This document shows, in pieces, positions 9,901-19,150 of a DNA stretch of 64,000 nucleotides. The translations under genes were made by a program, and so were the position numbers. Each line of letters opens with the position of its first letter. Position 1 is the stretch's first letter. This stretch comes from Caldisericota bacterium (GTDB lineage Bacteria > Caldisericota > Caldisericia > JAAYUI01). Location of the stretch: positions 96,001 through 160,000 of the forward strand of contig JAKPMO010000002.1 in the NCBI GenBank assembly GCA_029548865.1. The letters run 5' to 3'. The notes beneath the pieces are model-generated. The model was not told where the DNA came from. It did not search any database and saw only the letters and a list, made by a program, of their open reading frames with translations.

Positions 9901-10336
9901 GCCAAACCTTCTGACCAATATCGAATATGATGAAGAAAAAAATATCGTGAATGTTGACATGCAGAGAGCCCTTGATGGAGTCAGTGGAGAAGGTTACCTC
10001 CTCAAGCTCAGGTTCCTTGCCGAGGAAGCAAACTATTTTGATGTCAACTTCCAGAACCTCTTAGTAACAAGACTTGAAGATCCATCAGATCCAACCAGCG
10101 AAAAGAGCGCCAAGGCTTTCTACAGGAAAGGTGAAATTTCCATCTATAAAACAGCATATTCTGTTGCCGATTTCAACAGAGATGGTGTAGTCAACGAAAA
10201 AGATGCTGCAATAATCCTTGGTAAACTCGGCCTGAGGAGAGGTGATGATGGCTTCTTCTGGAGATGCGATCTCAACTTTGATGATGTTATTGACATCAAT
10301 GATCTCACGGAATTTGCAAAACTGTATCAGAATTGA
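6953..10336 (+). CDS. Secreted S8 subtilase with PA domain, FlgD-like Ig domain, cohesin-like domain and C-terminal dockerin
   Basis: GGAGG RBS; signal peptide; catalytic triad DTGID, HGTACSG, GTSAAGP; PA insert GKAALIQRG; FTPNGDG...WDGKD; twin DxNxDxxVxxxD dockerin loops. Confidence 0.9.
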   Translation: MKKVLAVIFVLAMVLTVIPLHGDAFAASNVDPEIISMKNDGNKVIEVLVKFSAEPVVQTYTYHGAFPTTSSEIMRPGNVMTSVAMTPIRFQQSVLMPKLANIKGIIKVGTPLQYVYNGVYMRLPVNKVFDVARIHGVKYVTYLPEMKVDRIRSKTFLGAERVWNEVKDPKGRKVDGTGIICAVTDTGIDYTHQDFGSQKSPQGKKVVFSHDFGDGDDDCQEIQPSGAQNPGTSHGTACSGIIAGDGPDNEKGMAPKALLAGYKISDSKNNGGLNSDGILKAFEYLVTEKIHVSNNSYGAPGGSSYMDELENNTVLAGCAVVASQGNEGSPGPKLPIPSGSTATPDNVIGVGATDDTDGVIMKIEDAPTQEMQGTLFPGEWGDTGKVFGNTGAPLELVDCGWGRPEDFEGLDLTGKAALIQRGPSPVLFGDKFGPAINFKDKNLNASKAGAKVMVLYNHEPGKIGALYANSPGGPLDKNLIPSFHLSRIQGEALRKELHRDNEWELGQKDTDQKKIIISFGKPSIKANVADFTSSGPTRRMMLKPDVSAPGVGIETTNPTWDAKNPYMFTFGGTSAAGPFVAGCVSLIRQARPDWNPFEIKRAVMNTAIPLKRFDGQGYIPLTVQGQGRINVYNAINTDLMFQPPSGLIDTNNNNAIHVADWPAEWADPDKRSQLPANVRDYPIGMKIYNYNDKENKNIEFSFEVNARYPERIDVSFSTKNLTVPKMVGKKPGEAWVGFNITLPKNIQGNVNDIFIWATDKATGKKWHVGWCIYNNQNPRNNTHAGAIEINPPEFTPNGDGEQDEIKVDYTLTNGTLQLWSGYAWDSYLNFQDELIFWAIDLNSERWVKIHEASNVEIGNHSFIWDGKDSFGNYILPEGEWFIQVSASGSKLDLSKRAFVPISDDFNLLNESFVVSKSTVPPLPTIFAYALPIEPGVGDEFSVGIYIKYAVNVKTLQFQINLKGSEGIIKYLGHEVGEFMQRDEPNLLTNIEYDEEKNIVNVDMQRALDGVSGEGYLLKLRFLAEEANYFDVNFQNLLVTRLEDPSDPTSEKSAKAFYRKGEISIYKTAYSVADFNRDGVVNEKDAAIILGKLGLRRGDDGFFWRCDLNFDDVIDINDLTEFAKLYQN

Positions 10337-10349
10337 TCAGGTAAGAAAC

Positions 10350-10381
10350 AAAAGGGGCGGTGATTTTACCGCCCCTTTTTT
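10350..10381 (+). terminator. Intrinsic terminator
   Basis: AAAAGGGGCGGT-loop-ACCGCCCCTTTTTT. Confidence 0.85.
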
Positions 10382-10387
10382 CATATT

Positions 10388-11347
10388 ATGAAAACAAGGG
10401 CTTTCGAACAAAATTTTTTGGGTTTTGCAGCTTCAAAGAAACTCCTTGCAAAAGGAGATAAAATTCTTGTGGGTTGTTCTGGGGGGCCTGATTCAGTTTG
10501 TCTTTTGTTTTTATTGGAAAAGCTCAAAAAAATCCTCGAAATAGAAGTGTTTTGCTGTCATGTCAACCATAATATCAGACCCACATCAAAGAGAGACGAG
10601 AATTATGTTGCATCCCTTTGCGAGAGGCTTGGGACCCCTCTTTTATGCAAAGAAATTTGCCTACCGAAAGAGTTGAAAGGTAACCTTGAAGAGGAAGCAA
10701 GAATATTGCGCCACCACGCACTTGACGAAGCCGCAGAACATTTTAGGTGCAACAAGATTGCCCTTGCCCATAACGCAACAGACAGGGCAGAAACCCTTTT
10801 ACACAATATCGCCAGAGGCGCAGGTCTCTTTGGTGCTGGCACCATGCACCCAAAAACTGGGAAGATTGTAAGGCCATTGCTTTTTGCTTCCAAAAGGAAC
10901 ATTTTGTCTTATCTTTTGTTGCTGGGCGAATCTTATTGCACCGATGAAACAAATGAGGATGTAAGATATTCCAGGAACAGGATACGCAAAAACGTCATCC
11001 CGGAGCTTGAAAAGATTTTTGTCCAGGCTGGCGCAAACATCTCCAGGTTTGCAGATATTGCACAAGAAGAATCCAATTATCTTGACGTGCTTGCCAAAGA
11101 TGCCTTAAAACAGTGTGTTTTTGAGAAAGAAGGGTGCACTTTCTTGGATTGCAGTAAATTATTTGAACAAAACTTTGTAATTCAGCGTAGGGTTGTAAGA
11201 ATCCTTACCAATGGTTCCCCGCCGCTTTCTGCAGTTGATTCGGCATTAATTTTTTTTGGAAAAGGAGAAAATGGCAAATCAGAAATTGTTGGCAGGGCTA
11301 GATTTGTAAAGGTTGGAAAAAATATTGTCAAGGTTTTGCCCTTGTGA
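10388..11347 (+). CDS. tilS: tRNA(Ile)-lysidine synthetase (short form, C-terminal domain apparently absent)
   Basis: PP-loop SGGPDS, HVNHNIR, AHNATDRAET, RPLL, DETN..YSRNRIR; tilS-hpt-ftsH synteny. Confidence 0.93.
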   Translation: MKTRAFEQNFLGFAASKKLLAKGDKILVGCSGGPDSVCLLFLLEKLKKILEIEVFCCHVNHNIRPTSKRDENYVASLCERLGTPLLCKEICLPKELKGNLEEEARILRHHALDEAAEHFRCNKIALAHNATDRAETLLHNIARGAGLFGAGTMHPKTGKIVRPLLFASKRNILSYLLLLGESYCTDETNEDVRYSRNRIRKNVIPELEKIFVQAGANISRFADIAQEESNYLDVLAKDALKQCVFEKEGCTFLDCSKLFEQNFVIQRRVVRILTNGSPPLSAVDSALIFFGKGENGKSEIVGRARFVKVGKNIVKVLPL

Positions 11348-11376
11348 TTGATAATGCACAAAAGTATACTCTGGCC

Positions 11377-11904
11377 ATGAACATGAAACTGGAAGGCGTG
11401 CTGATTGACAGCCTTGCGATCCAGAAAAGGGTCGCAGAGTTGGCCTGCCAGATTGCCATGGACTATGGTGAGGATCCGCCGGTTCTGCTACCTGTGCTGA
11501 CAGGTTCTTTCATGTTTGCATCCGACCTGACAAGAAACTTCTCCTTTGATGCACCATTGCATTTTGTTAAAGTCAGCTCTTATGGTTCTTCCACAGTTTC
11601 CAACGGAAAAGTCTCCGTTTCATGTCTGGATAAAATTGATGTGTCCGGCAGGAGGGTCCTGATAATAGAGGACATTGTTGATACAGGACACACGATCAAA
11701 ACTCTTGTTGAACAAATAAAACAAAAAAGCCCGAAAGATGTCAAAGTCGTGTCGCTTTTGGACAAACCCGAAAGGCGTCAGGTCGAGGTCTCGGTTGACT
11801 ATGTGGGGTTTGTGGTGCCAAACAAATTTATTGTTGGCTATGGGCTCGATTGCGATGAGCATTTCAGGTGCCTAAAAGACATATACACAATTAGTGAGGA
11901 GTAA
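11377..11904 (+). CDS. hpt: Hypoxanthine phosphoribosyltransferase
   Basis: VSSYG, VLIIEDIVDTGHT, LLDKPERR and FIVGYGLD motifs; start uncertain (11344, 11377 or 11383). Confidence 0.95.
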   Translation: MNMKLEGVLIDSLAIQKRVAELACQIAMDYGEDPPVLLPVLTGSFMFASDLTRNFSFDAPLHFVKVSSYGSSTVSNGKVSVSCLDKIDVSGRRVLIIEDIVDTGHTIKTLVEQIKQKSPKDVKVVSLLDKPERRQVEVSVDYVGFVVPNKFIVGYGLDCDEHFRCLKDIYTISEE

Positions 11905-13733
11905 TGAACAAGAACCAAGACAGTGTAAAGACGTATATACCGATAATAATACTTGTTGCAGTCGGTGTTTTGCTGTATTTCTTTTTCTCAGCTTTTAATG
12001 CATCCCCGAAACAAACGCTGACTTACAGTGAATTTTATAAGAGCCTTCAGGCAGGTGAGATAAGCTCGCTTGCCATTGATGTAAACAGCTTCTACACAGA
12101 AGGGGAGCTTTCCCCAAAGGAGCCTGGCAAGCCAAGCATAAAGTTTGAGGTCACCATACCACCGCAGTTTGCTGAGGAAGTGACCCATCTGGCCATGGAG
12201 AAAGGCATCAAGGTGCTGGAGTTTGAGCCACCTTCAAGCAATTTCCTCCTCGAACTTCTGAACTACCTTGGGCCATTCCTGATAATCATATTCTTCTGGT
12301 TTATGATGTCACGTTCCATGCAGGGTTCTGGCTCGCAGGTGCTCAGCTTTGGCAAATCAAAGGCCAAACTTTTTATGGACGATAAGCCGAGGATCACATT
12401 CAAGGACGTGGCCGGCATTCCCGAGGTAAAGGAAGAACTCCAGGAAATAATTGATTTCCTTAAAGACCCAAAGCGCTTTGCTGTAATGGGTGCCAAGGTG
12501 CCAAGAGGTGTTCTGCTTGTTGGCCCTCCAGGATGTGGAAAAACGTACATCAGCAGGGCGGTTGCTGGCGAGGCAAAGGTGCCTTTCTTCTCGGTTTCTG
12601 GCTCAGAGTTCGTGGAGATGTTTGTCGGCGTTGGTGCCTCAAGGGTGAGAGACCTGTTCGAGCAGGCAAAAAAATATGCACCTGCGCTCATCTTCATCGA
12701 TGAGATTGATGCAGTCGGAAGGCAGAGGGGCGCGGGCCTTGGTGGCGGACATGACGAGAGGGAACAGACCCTGAACCAGCTCCTTGTCGAAATGGACGGT
12801 TTTGATCCACACGTTGGGATAATAATCATTGCCGCGACCAACAGGCCTGACATTCTCGATGCAGCACTTCTAAGACCTGGCAGATTTGACAGGCGCGTCA
12901 TGATCGATTTGCCGACACTCATGGAGAGGGAAGCAATCCTCAAATACCATGCCAAAAACAAGCCAATGGCACAGAACGTCGACCTGGCTGTTGTTGCAAA
13001 AAGAACGGCCGGTTTTTCTGGCGCTGATCTTGAGAACCTGCTTAATGAATCAGCCATAATAGCCACTCGCCGCAGAAAGAAAGAAATTGAAAACAAGGAT
13101 GTGGAAGAGGCGATCGACAGGGTCATTGCCGGCCCGCAAAAGAGGACAAGGGTCCTCGGCACTGAAGAAAAGAAAAAGGTTGCCTACCATGAAGCAGGCC
13201 ATGCCCTTGTGACTCATGTTCTTGGCCCGGAGATTGTCCATAGAATATCCATTGTTTCGAGGGGAATGGCCCTTGGATACACCCTCCCTTTGCCAGTAGA
13301 AGACAAATACCTGAGCTCGAAAGACGAGCTTGAGAGGAACATTGCTGGGATACTTGGCGGAACTGCCGCCGAGAGGGTGGTGTTCGACGAAATATCAACA
13401 GGTGCTTCCAATGACATAAGGAAGGCCACTGACATTGCAAGAAAAATGGTCACCGAGTATGGAATGTCTTCTCTTGGGCCAATAGCTTTTGGACATCCAG
13501 CCGAAATGGTTTTCCTTGGCAGGGATTTCTCGGCTTCTCCAGATTATTCTGATGAAACCGGCAGGATGATAGACCAGGAGATAAGAAGGATCATATCCGA
13601 TGGTCTTGAAACAGCCATAAAGACTGTTCAGGAAAACAGGGGAACCATGGACAAGCTCGTCGAAGTGCTTATTGAAAAGGAAACATTGGAGGCAGAAGAG
13701 TTGCAAAAGCTGCTCTTTGATGCCAAAAAATGA
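11904..13733 (+). CDS. ftsH: ATP-dependent zinc metalloprotease FtsH
   Basis: Two TM segments, GPPGCGKT Walker A, IFIDEID Walker B, SRH region, HEAGH zinc motif. Confidence 0.97.
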   Translation: MNKNQDSVKTYIPIIILVAVGVLLYFFFSAFNASPKQTLTYSEFYKSLQAGEISSLAIDVNSFYTEGELSPKEPGKPSIKFEVTIPPQFAEEVTHLAMEKGIKVLEFEPPSSNFLLELLNYLGPFLIIIFFWFMMSRSMQGSGSQVLSFGKSKAKLFMDDKPRITFKDVAGIPEVKEELQEIIDFLKDPKRFAVMGAKVPRGVLLVGPPGCGKTYISRAVAGEAKVPFFSVSGSEFVEMFVGVGASRVRDLFEQAKKYAPALIFIDEIDAVGRQRGAGLGGGHDEREQTLNQLLVEMDGFDPHVGIIIIAATNRPDILDAALLRPGRFDRRVMIDLPTLMEREAILKYHAKNKPMAQNVDLAVVAKRTAGFSGADLENLLNESAIIATRRRKKEIENKDVEEAIDRVIAGPQKRTRVLGTEEKKKVAYHEAGHALVTHVLGPEIVHRISIVSRGMALGYTLPLPVEDKYLSSKDELERNIAGILGGTAAERVVFDEISTGASNDIRKATDIARKMVTEYGMSSLGPIAFGHPAEMVFLGRDFSASPDYSDETGRMIDQEIRRIISDGLETAIKTVQENRGTMDKLVEVLIEKETLEAEELQKLLFDAKK

Positions 13734-14524
13734 CTTGGAGATATTATAACACCGTCCCAATGAGGGGCGCCAGGAACATGGCTTATGACGAGGTGATGCT
13801 GAAAACTGCACCGCCTTCATCAGTCACGCTCAGGACATACACCTGGGATCCGGCATGCCTCTCTTTAGGGTGTTTCCAAAAATATTCCGAAGTTAATCTT
13901 GAGAAGATAAAAGAGAATGGTTTTGATGTCGTGAGGAGGTCGACTGGCGGAAGGGCAGTTCTTCACGATAAAGAGCTGACCTATTCAATCGTCATCACGC
14001 CGCCCCATGAGATTTTGAACATGAATGTTCTTGATTCGTATTACCTCTTGTGCGAAGGGATAGTCTCCGGGCTAAATTTCCTTGGTGTGAATGCTGCCCT
14101 TAAGAAGGGCGATGACAGGGAGCTTTCTACGCCGTCTTGTTTTGCCGCTCCAACATTCAATGACATCGAGTCTGGCGGAAGGAAACTTGTTGGGTCTGCA
14201 CAAATGAGAGCAAAAGAGGGCCTTCTCCAACATGGTTCAATACTGCTTGACGTGGACATAAAAAAGTTGTTTGATGTTGTCAGTAAAGATGAAAACCAGT
14301 CATCAAGGCTTGCTGAGGCTGCAAAAGCAAAAATCACAAGTGTCAACGAGCAACTGGGTTTTAGGATTGGTCTGGAGCAATTGAAAGAAAACATTTTAAA
14401 TGGTTTTTCCGATTCATTTAGTGTCGGGTTTGAAGAGGTCACCCTTGATGGTGATTTCTTTGCCAAAGTCGACGATCTTGAAAAAAATAAATACAATTCG
14501 GCCGTATGGACCGAGAATAGGTAG
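13730..14524 (+). CDS. Lipoate-protein ligase family, LipM-like octanoyltransferase
   Basis: NMAYDE, VVRRSTGGRAVLH, CFAAP, RKLVGSAQ, LQHGSI; no LplA C-terminal domain. Confidence 0.85.
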   Translation: MTWRYYNTVPMRGARNMAYDEVMLKTAPPSSVTLRTYTWDPACLSLGCFQKYSEVNLEKIKENGFDVVRRSTGGRAVLHDKELTYSIVITPPHEILNMNVLDSYYLLCEGIVSGLNFLGVNAALKKGDDRELSTPSCFAAPTFNDIESGGRKLVGSAQMRAKEGLLQHGSILLDVDIKKLFDVVSKDENQSSRLAEAAKAKITSVNEQLGFRIGLEQLKENILNGFSDSFSVGFEEVTLDGDFFAKVDDLEKNKYNSAVWTENR

Positions 14525-14530
14525 GGTGGG

Positions 14531-16816
14531 ATGAAAAAAATTCTTACTTTTATGATCGTTGCAATTATCGCATTGTCCCCATTGGTGTTGGTTGAAGCCG
14601 GCAATAATGAAGCGACAGACTGGTTCTGTTTTCAGAAAGATCACCAGAGGACTGGTACTGCTTTCTTCTCCGAAAAGATTTCCACCCCACTTATTCAGGC
14701 ATGGGATGGTATCATTGATACCAATATCTATATCGCCCAGAACATAGATCCTGTCAAAGGTACAATCATCATTGGCAAAGACATAGCTGTTGCGGCAACT
14801 GAAAAAGGGAAGATAGGCGCTTTCAGTACGCTCGATGGTAAACCTGTTTGGAGGAGAGATATTGGTTTACCTCTCACAACAGACATGGCACTCTCGGATG
14901 AAGTGCTTCTTGTTCCGTTAAAGGGTGGAAAAGTCCTTGGGCTTGATCTCTATACTGGTGGCACCTTCTGGGAATACCAGGCAAAAGGTGAGGTAAAATC
15001 TCCTCCTCTGCCATACAATGGGTATTTCTATTTTCCAACCACCGAAGGCAAGCTCGTACAGCTCACCTCGGCCTCGGGGCTTGTTTCAAATGAATTTAAC
15101 ATGAATGTGAACGTTCAATTGCCAATGGCAGTTCAGCCTGTTGGCTACAGTGTGTCTTCTTATGCCCAGATGATCATGAATTCATCAGATGGCAACATGG
15201 TTGCATACAATCCATCCACCAAGGATTTCGACTGGCAAATGAAGCTTGATTCACCAACTGCCGTTGGCCCATTGCCGATAGGCGAATCAATCATTGTCTG
15301 CTCAAAAACTGGCCAGGTCAATGCTTATGCTCTCTCTGACAGAAAGAAATATTGGTCTTATGATATAAAGCGCCCGATAGTTGCCGCACCATGCCGCTAT
15401 TATAATGCAACCTATGTTGGTATTGGCACTGAAGATGGACAAGTTTTTTGCATCAGGCTTGGCGACGGGAATGCCATCTGGGACCAGAAAGCTGCTGGCC
15501 CAATCAAGCAGGCAGTCATAGGTATAAATCAAAACCTTGTTGCGGCCACCGAAAATGGCCACATCCAGGCATTTTTTGCTTTTGATGGGACTGTTGTTGC
15601 AGACGTTGACCTCAAAGACAACATCACCACACCTCCTTCATACAGTAGCGGGTCGATATTCGTTGGCACAAAATCAGGCCGTGTTGTTTGCGTCAGGCCA
15701 AAACAGGGATCGCTCTCTTTAAGGCTTGACCCATCAATAGTTTTCATATCACCCACAGAATCCAAATCTGTCAAAATTCGCCTTGGAAGCATTGAGGGCG
15801 ACAGCAATGTATACTATCTTTCAAACTCCGGTTTCCCATGCAGGTGCAAACTTGCAAGAAATTTCATGCCTTCCTCGACGATGAAGGCCACCGATGAAAG
15901 AACGCTTGATCTTAAGGCCGATCCTTCTGCCGAACCTGCAACTTACGAGTATCTTGTTACAGCAATGTCACAGAGCAGTTCTGAAGCAAGGGTTTCTGCC
16001 ACCGGTATCTGCATTGTTGTCAAACCGGAAGACATAATGAAGTCATATATGAGGTTTGATACAAGCAAAAAGAACCAGTTGGTTGTAACAGTTGGCTATG
16101 AGAACCAGAAGTTCATGAAATCTTTTGCCGGAAAAATCATCTATGATCAAGCAATTTTAAGACCTGTTGAAACAAAATCCCTACTTGAAGGACCCGAATA
16201 CGCCCCATTCTTTGATTTGACAATCAAGGGAGAAGTTGGCACCTATATGGGATTTTCACCAAGCAAAGCCAAAGAAGCCAAGGCAGATGTTTTCCAGATT
16301 ACATTTGACATCATAAAGTCTGCCAAAACAAACCTCAAGTTCAGTCCAGTAAGCCGCACAATGAGCTCTTACATTCTTCCAACCACTGACACAGCCGTTG
16401 ATGTCGAGGTTGTGCGCAAAATGACTGAGCATGTCGTAAAACTCCAGATTGGAAATGTGATGGCCACAGTTGACGGCAAGCAGGAAAAGCTTGCTATTGC
16501 ACCTTACATAAAGAGTGGAAGAACAATGGTTCCACTACGTTTTGTTGGCACTGCACTTGGATCAGTGGTGGACTGGATTGCTGCAGAAAAATCTGTTCTC
16601 TATACCAACTCGCTGCCAACTGGCGCAAGGACCATAAAGCTTTGGATTGGCAAGAAGGTCGCCCTTGTTGATGGCAAGGAAGTAGCAATCGACCCGCCGC
16701 CGGAGCTGGTCAAAGGCAACACCTGTGTTGGCCTCTCGTTTGTCTCAACCAACTTTGGTGCAAAGATTGCCTATGATTCAAAGACAAAGACGGTAACAAT
16801 CAATTTTGAGAATTAA
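14531..16816 (+). CDS. Secreted PQQ-like beta-propeller protein with cohesin-like and C-terminal stalk domains
   Basis: Signal peptide; WFCFQKDHQRTG; repeated GxxxW blades; GKIIYDQAILRPV cohesin-like strand; GRTMVPLRFV stalk motif. Confidence 0.85.
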   Translation: MKKILTFMIVAIIALSPLVLVEAGNNEATDWFCFQKDHQRTGTAFFSEKISTPLIQAWDGIIDTNIYIAQNIDPVKGTIIIGKDIAVAATEKGKIGAFSTLDGKPVWRRDIGLPLTTDMALSDEVLLVPLKGGKVLGLDLYTGGTFWEYQAKGEVKSPPLPYNGYFYFPTTEGKLVQLTSASGLVSNEFNMNVNVQLPMAVQPVGYSVSSYAQMIMNSSDGNMVAYNPSTKDFDWQMKLDSPTAVGPLPIGESIIVCSKTGQVNAYALSDRKKYWSYDIKRPIVAAPCRYYNATYVGIGTEDGQVFCIRLGDGNAIWDQKAAGPIKQAVIGINQNLVAATENGHIQAFFAFDGTVVADVDLKDNITTPPSYSSGSIFVGTKSGRVVCVRPKQGSLSLRLDPSIVFISPTESKSVKIRLGSIEGDSNVYYLSNSGFPCRCKLARNFMPSSTMKATDERTLDLKADPSAEPATYEYLVTAMSQSSSEARVSATGICIVVKPEDIMKSYMRFDTSKKNQLVVTVGYENQKFMKSFAGKIIYDQAILRPVETKSLLEGPEYAPFFDLTIKGEVGTYMGFSPSKAKEAKADVFQITFDIIKSAKTNLKFSPVSRTMSSYILPTTDTAVDVEVVRKMTEHVVKLQIGNVMATVDGKQEKLAIAPYIKSGRTMVPLRFVGTALGSVVDWIAAEKSVLYTNSLPTGARTIKLWIGKKVALVDGKEVAIDPPPELVKGNTCVGLSFVSTNFGAKIAYDSKTKTVTINFEN

Positions 16817-16841
16817 TCAGTAAAAATTGATCTAGTGATTT

Positions 16842-16872
16842 AAAAAAAGGGCCTCAACTGAGGCCCTTTTTT
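16842..16872 (+). terminator. Intrinsic terminator
   Basis: AAAAAAAGGGCCTCA-AC-TGAGGCCCTTTTTT. Confidence 0.85.
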
Positions 16873-16921
16873 ATTTTCGGTCAATTTGCTGCTTCCCCAA
16901 AACCTAAAAAGTACAAAACAC

Positions 16922-16950
16922 TTGAAGCTTTTCAAACCGGCAAATATAAT
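16922..16950 (+). promoter_or_regulatory. Sigma70-type promoter
   Basis: TTGAAG-17nt-TATAAT. Confidence 0.65.
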
Positions 16951-16987
16951 TCCAATCATAACAGGCGAAAGGGGTGTATTGTCAGAC

Positions 16988-17572
16988 ATGAGAAAATGGA
17001 TTTATATCCCGTTGGCCCTCGTATGCGTATTTATGATTTATTGGGGCATATGGGGCACAGAAATGCACAAAATTGAGCCGGTACTTCAGAGCAGGACAAC
17101 AACCACAGGCACCGTCTCTGGTCTTGATGCCCAAAATGGAAAGTTGACCCTTAATGTTGACGACAAAGGCAAGACTGCAGTTTGGGAAGTGTCATTTAAT
17201 CCTGAAAAATTGAAACTTTTTTATATAGATAGAAAAACTGAGGATGGTAAGGAGACTGAAAAAAGAGTTCAGGTAATGTACACCGAAAAGCCTGAGCTGC
17301 TCAAAGATGGAATCACTATAACAGCTACCGGTGAGAAAAAAGATGGCAAGATAAAATCGTCAGTTTTCCACATTGGTGGAATTTACAATCCACCTGAGCT
17401 GGTCCAGAGAAAAGAGAACGTGACCATCTACAACACGGCCGACAAGCTCTGCATTGCTTGTGTCGGGCTTGGTGATTCCGATCTTACGAGACTTCTTCAG
17501 ATTGGCATCATCTTCATTGGCATAATGATTATTTATGCTGCAGTATCTTATGTGACAAGGAGGGCGGCATGA
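16988..17572 (+). CDS. Membrane protein with an extracytoplasmic beta domain and a CD1871A-like CxxC motif
   Basis: N- and C-terminal TM helices; ENVTIYNTADKLCIACVGLG resembles the CD1871A-family motif; overlaps the 4Fe-4S gene start. Confidence 0.75.
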   Translation: MRKWIYIPLALVCVFMIYWGIWGTEMHKIEPVLQSRTTTTGTVSGLDAQNGKLTLNVDDKGKTAVWEVSFNPEKLKLFYIDRKTEDGKETEKRVQVMYTEKPELLKDGITITATGEKKDGKIKSSVFHIGGIYNPPELVQRKENVTIYNTADKLCIACVGLGDSDLTRLLQIGIIFIGIMIIYAAVSYVTRRAA

Positions 17573-19017
17573 GCGAGCTGGTCAAAAAACTTCAGAAAAA
17601 ACTTCCACCCGGTGAGTTCCGTATCCAGGTCAGGATCTGGACCCAGTGGGCTTTCCTGGCCCTCGCAGCGGGACCGCTTTTCATCCTTGCACCAATCGTA
17701 AAACAGATACCGGCCCCTTGGTATGTTTGCTGGTCATGCCCAACAGCGATTGCTGCCTGTCCACTCGGGACACTCCAGCATTACACCGCCTCTGGCGGTT
17801 TCAGCTTCTTTGCAGTTGGTTTCCTTGCCCTTATCGGCGTTCTTATTGGCAGAATGACATGTGGATGGACTTGCCCAATGGGTTTTGTCCAGGAAATGCT
17901 TTACAAGGCAAAGAGATATGGCAATTACATTGTTGGTGGAATAATTTTTGTCACGACGATGTTCCTGGCCTGGTTCACCCCCTTTCTTGGCCTCATCAGG
18001 GCTCCGGTTGGCGAGGGATACGGCCTCGGCTATCTCCTCTCCTCGGGCAATATCAATGCTTTTATTGGCTGGCTCCTCACCTATTTGTCCGTTGCGTTGC
18101 TTGTTTCTGTTCCATTTTTCCTTGTGGAAAAGAAAAACAAGTGGTCAAACTTCTTCTGGTGGCTGCTTTTCATCGTTCCATTTGCAGGCCTTTTCCTTGC
18201 GTTCTACCTCACGGGTTTCATGAAATCGGAACCCCTCACAGTTTTCCTTGTCCTTGGCATCGTGATCCCGATAACACTCCTTTGCTTCATGAACGTCAAG
18301 AAATTCTCCATTCCAAACAATCTGGCAACATTCATGAGATGGTTCTTCTTCATCGTCCCGTTCATCATCTTCCCGTACATAACCAGATTTGTTGCCACAG
18401 ATGCCGGCATCAAGCTGCTTGAGGGCGAGGTCTGGTGGTGCAAGATATGTCCCATCGGAACAATAACCGCGGGTTTCCCGCAGATGTACCTCCAGCTTGT
18501 GCCACAGGGTGCCTTCCCGCTCTTCGGACTCACCTCGACCGCTTTCATTGGCGTTTCAACCTACCAGGGCATTTTTGGTGAGGCCAGGGTAATGTATTTC
18601 ATAAAATGGGTAATGACCTCCGGAATCATCTTTGCAATGGTCAATTCAAAGAGGTTCTTCTGCAAAGCAGTTTGTCCACTTGGCACTTTCTTTACCATCT
18701 TCAACTGGTTCTCGGCAACCAGAATCAAGGTCGACCAGGCGAACTGCAGGGGCAAGTCCTGCAACTGGTGTCTCAAACACTGCCCGATGGACATTGCAAT
18801 CTACGATCCAACATCACAATGGCACTGCATCAGGTGCCTGGATTGCCTTGGTTGCCCGTTTGGCGTTGTGACACATGAAGTCCCTGTCGTGTTCTCTTGG
18901 ATGGTCAAGAAGGAAGAAAAGAAAGTAATACCTCTGAAGACACCGAACCCTCCAAACAACCCAACTTTCCTCCAGTGGGCTAATTTTATAAACTACACCC
19001 CACCACAGGCTAGATAA
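17569..19017 (+). CDS. Membrane polyferredoxin (NapH/YccM-like 4Fe-4S binding protein)
   Basis: CWSCP..ACPLG, CGWTCPMG, CKICPIG, FCKAVCPLG, CNWCLKHCPM, CIRCLDCLGCP; many TM helices. Confidence 0.9.
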   Translation: MSELVKKLQKKLPPGEFRIQVRIWTQWAFLALAAGPLFILAPIVKQIPAPWYVCWSCPTAIAACPLGTLQHYTASGGFSFFAVGFLALIGVLIGRMTCGWTCPMGFVQEMLYKAKRYGNYIVGGIIFVTTMFLAWFTPFLGLIRAPVGEGYGLGYLLSSGNINAFIGWLLTYLSVALLVSVPFFLVEKKNKWSNFFWWLLFIVPFAGLFLAFYLTGFMKSEPLTVFLVLGIVIPITLLCFMNVKKFSIPNNLATFMRWFFFIVPFIIFPYITRFVATDAGIKLLEGEVWWCKICPIGTITAGFPQMYLQLVPQGAFPLFGLTSTAFIGVSTYQGIFGEARVMYFIKWVMTSGIIFAMVNSKRFFCKAVCPLGTFFTIFNWFSATRIKVDQANCRGKSCNWCLKHCPMDIAIYDPTSQWHCIRCLDCLGCPFGVVTHEVPVVFSWMVKKEEKKVIPLKTPNPPNNPTFLQWANFINYTPPQAR

Positions 19018-19030
19018 AAAACCCAACATC

Positions 19031-19062
19031 AAAAAAGGCCGGCACTGAAATGCCGGCCTTTT
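19031..19062 (+). terminator. Intrinsic terminator
   Basis: AAAAAAGGCCGGCA-loop-TGCCGGCCTTTT. Confidence 0.85.
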
Positions 19063-19150
19063 GAATTTTTTGATACCTTTTGTTTATGGATATTGAAACT
19101 ATTTTTGCTTGGCTGATAAACTACAATGAAAAGCGTTTGAAGGAGGGAAC

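Noticed and set aside
12263..13162. Long antisense ORFs (299 aa opposite ftsH; similarly 20779..21720, 45141..45797, 62023..62817)
   Set aside because: Shadows of well-supported genes on the other strand, with no motifs of their own
17440..17475. Selenocysteine recoding in the CxxC motifs
   Set aside because: All CxxC motifs seen (here, ~49110 and ~61210) use ordinary Cys codons with no in-frame TGA
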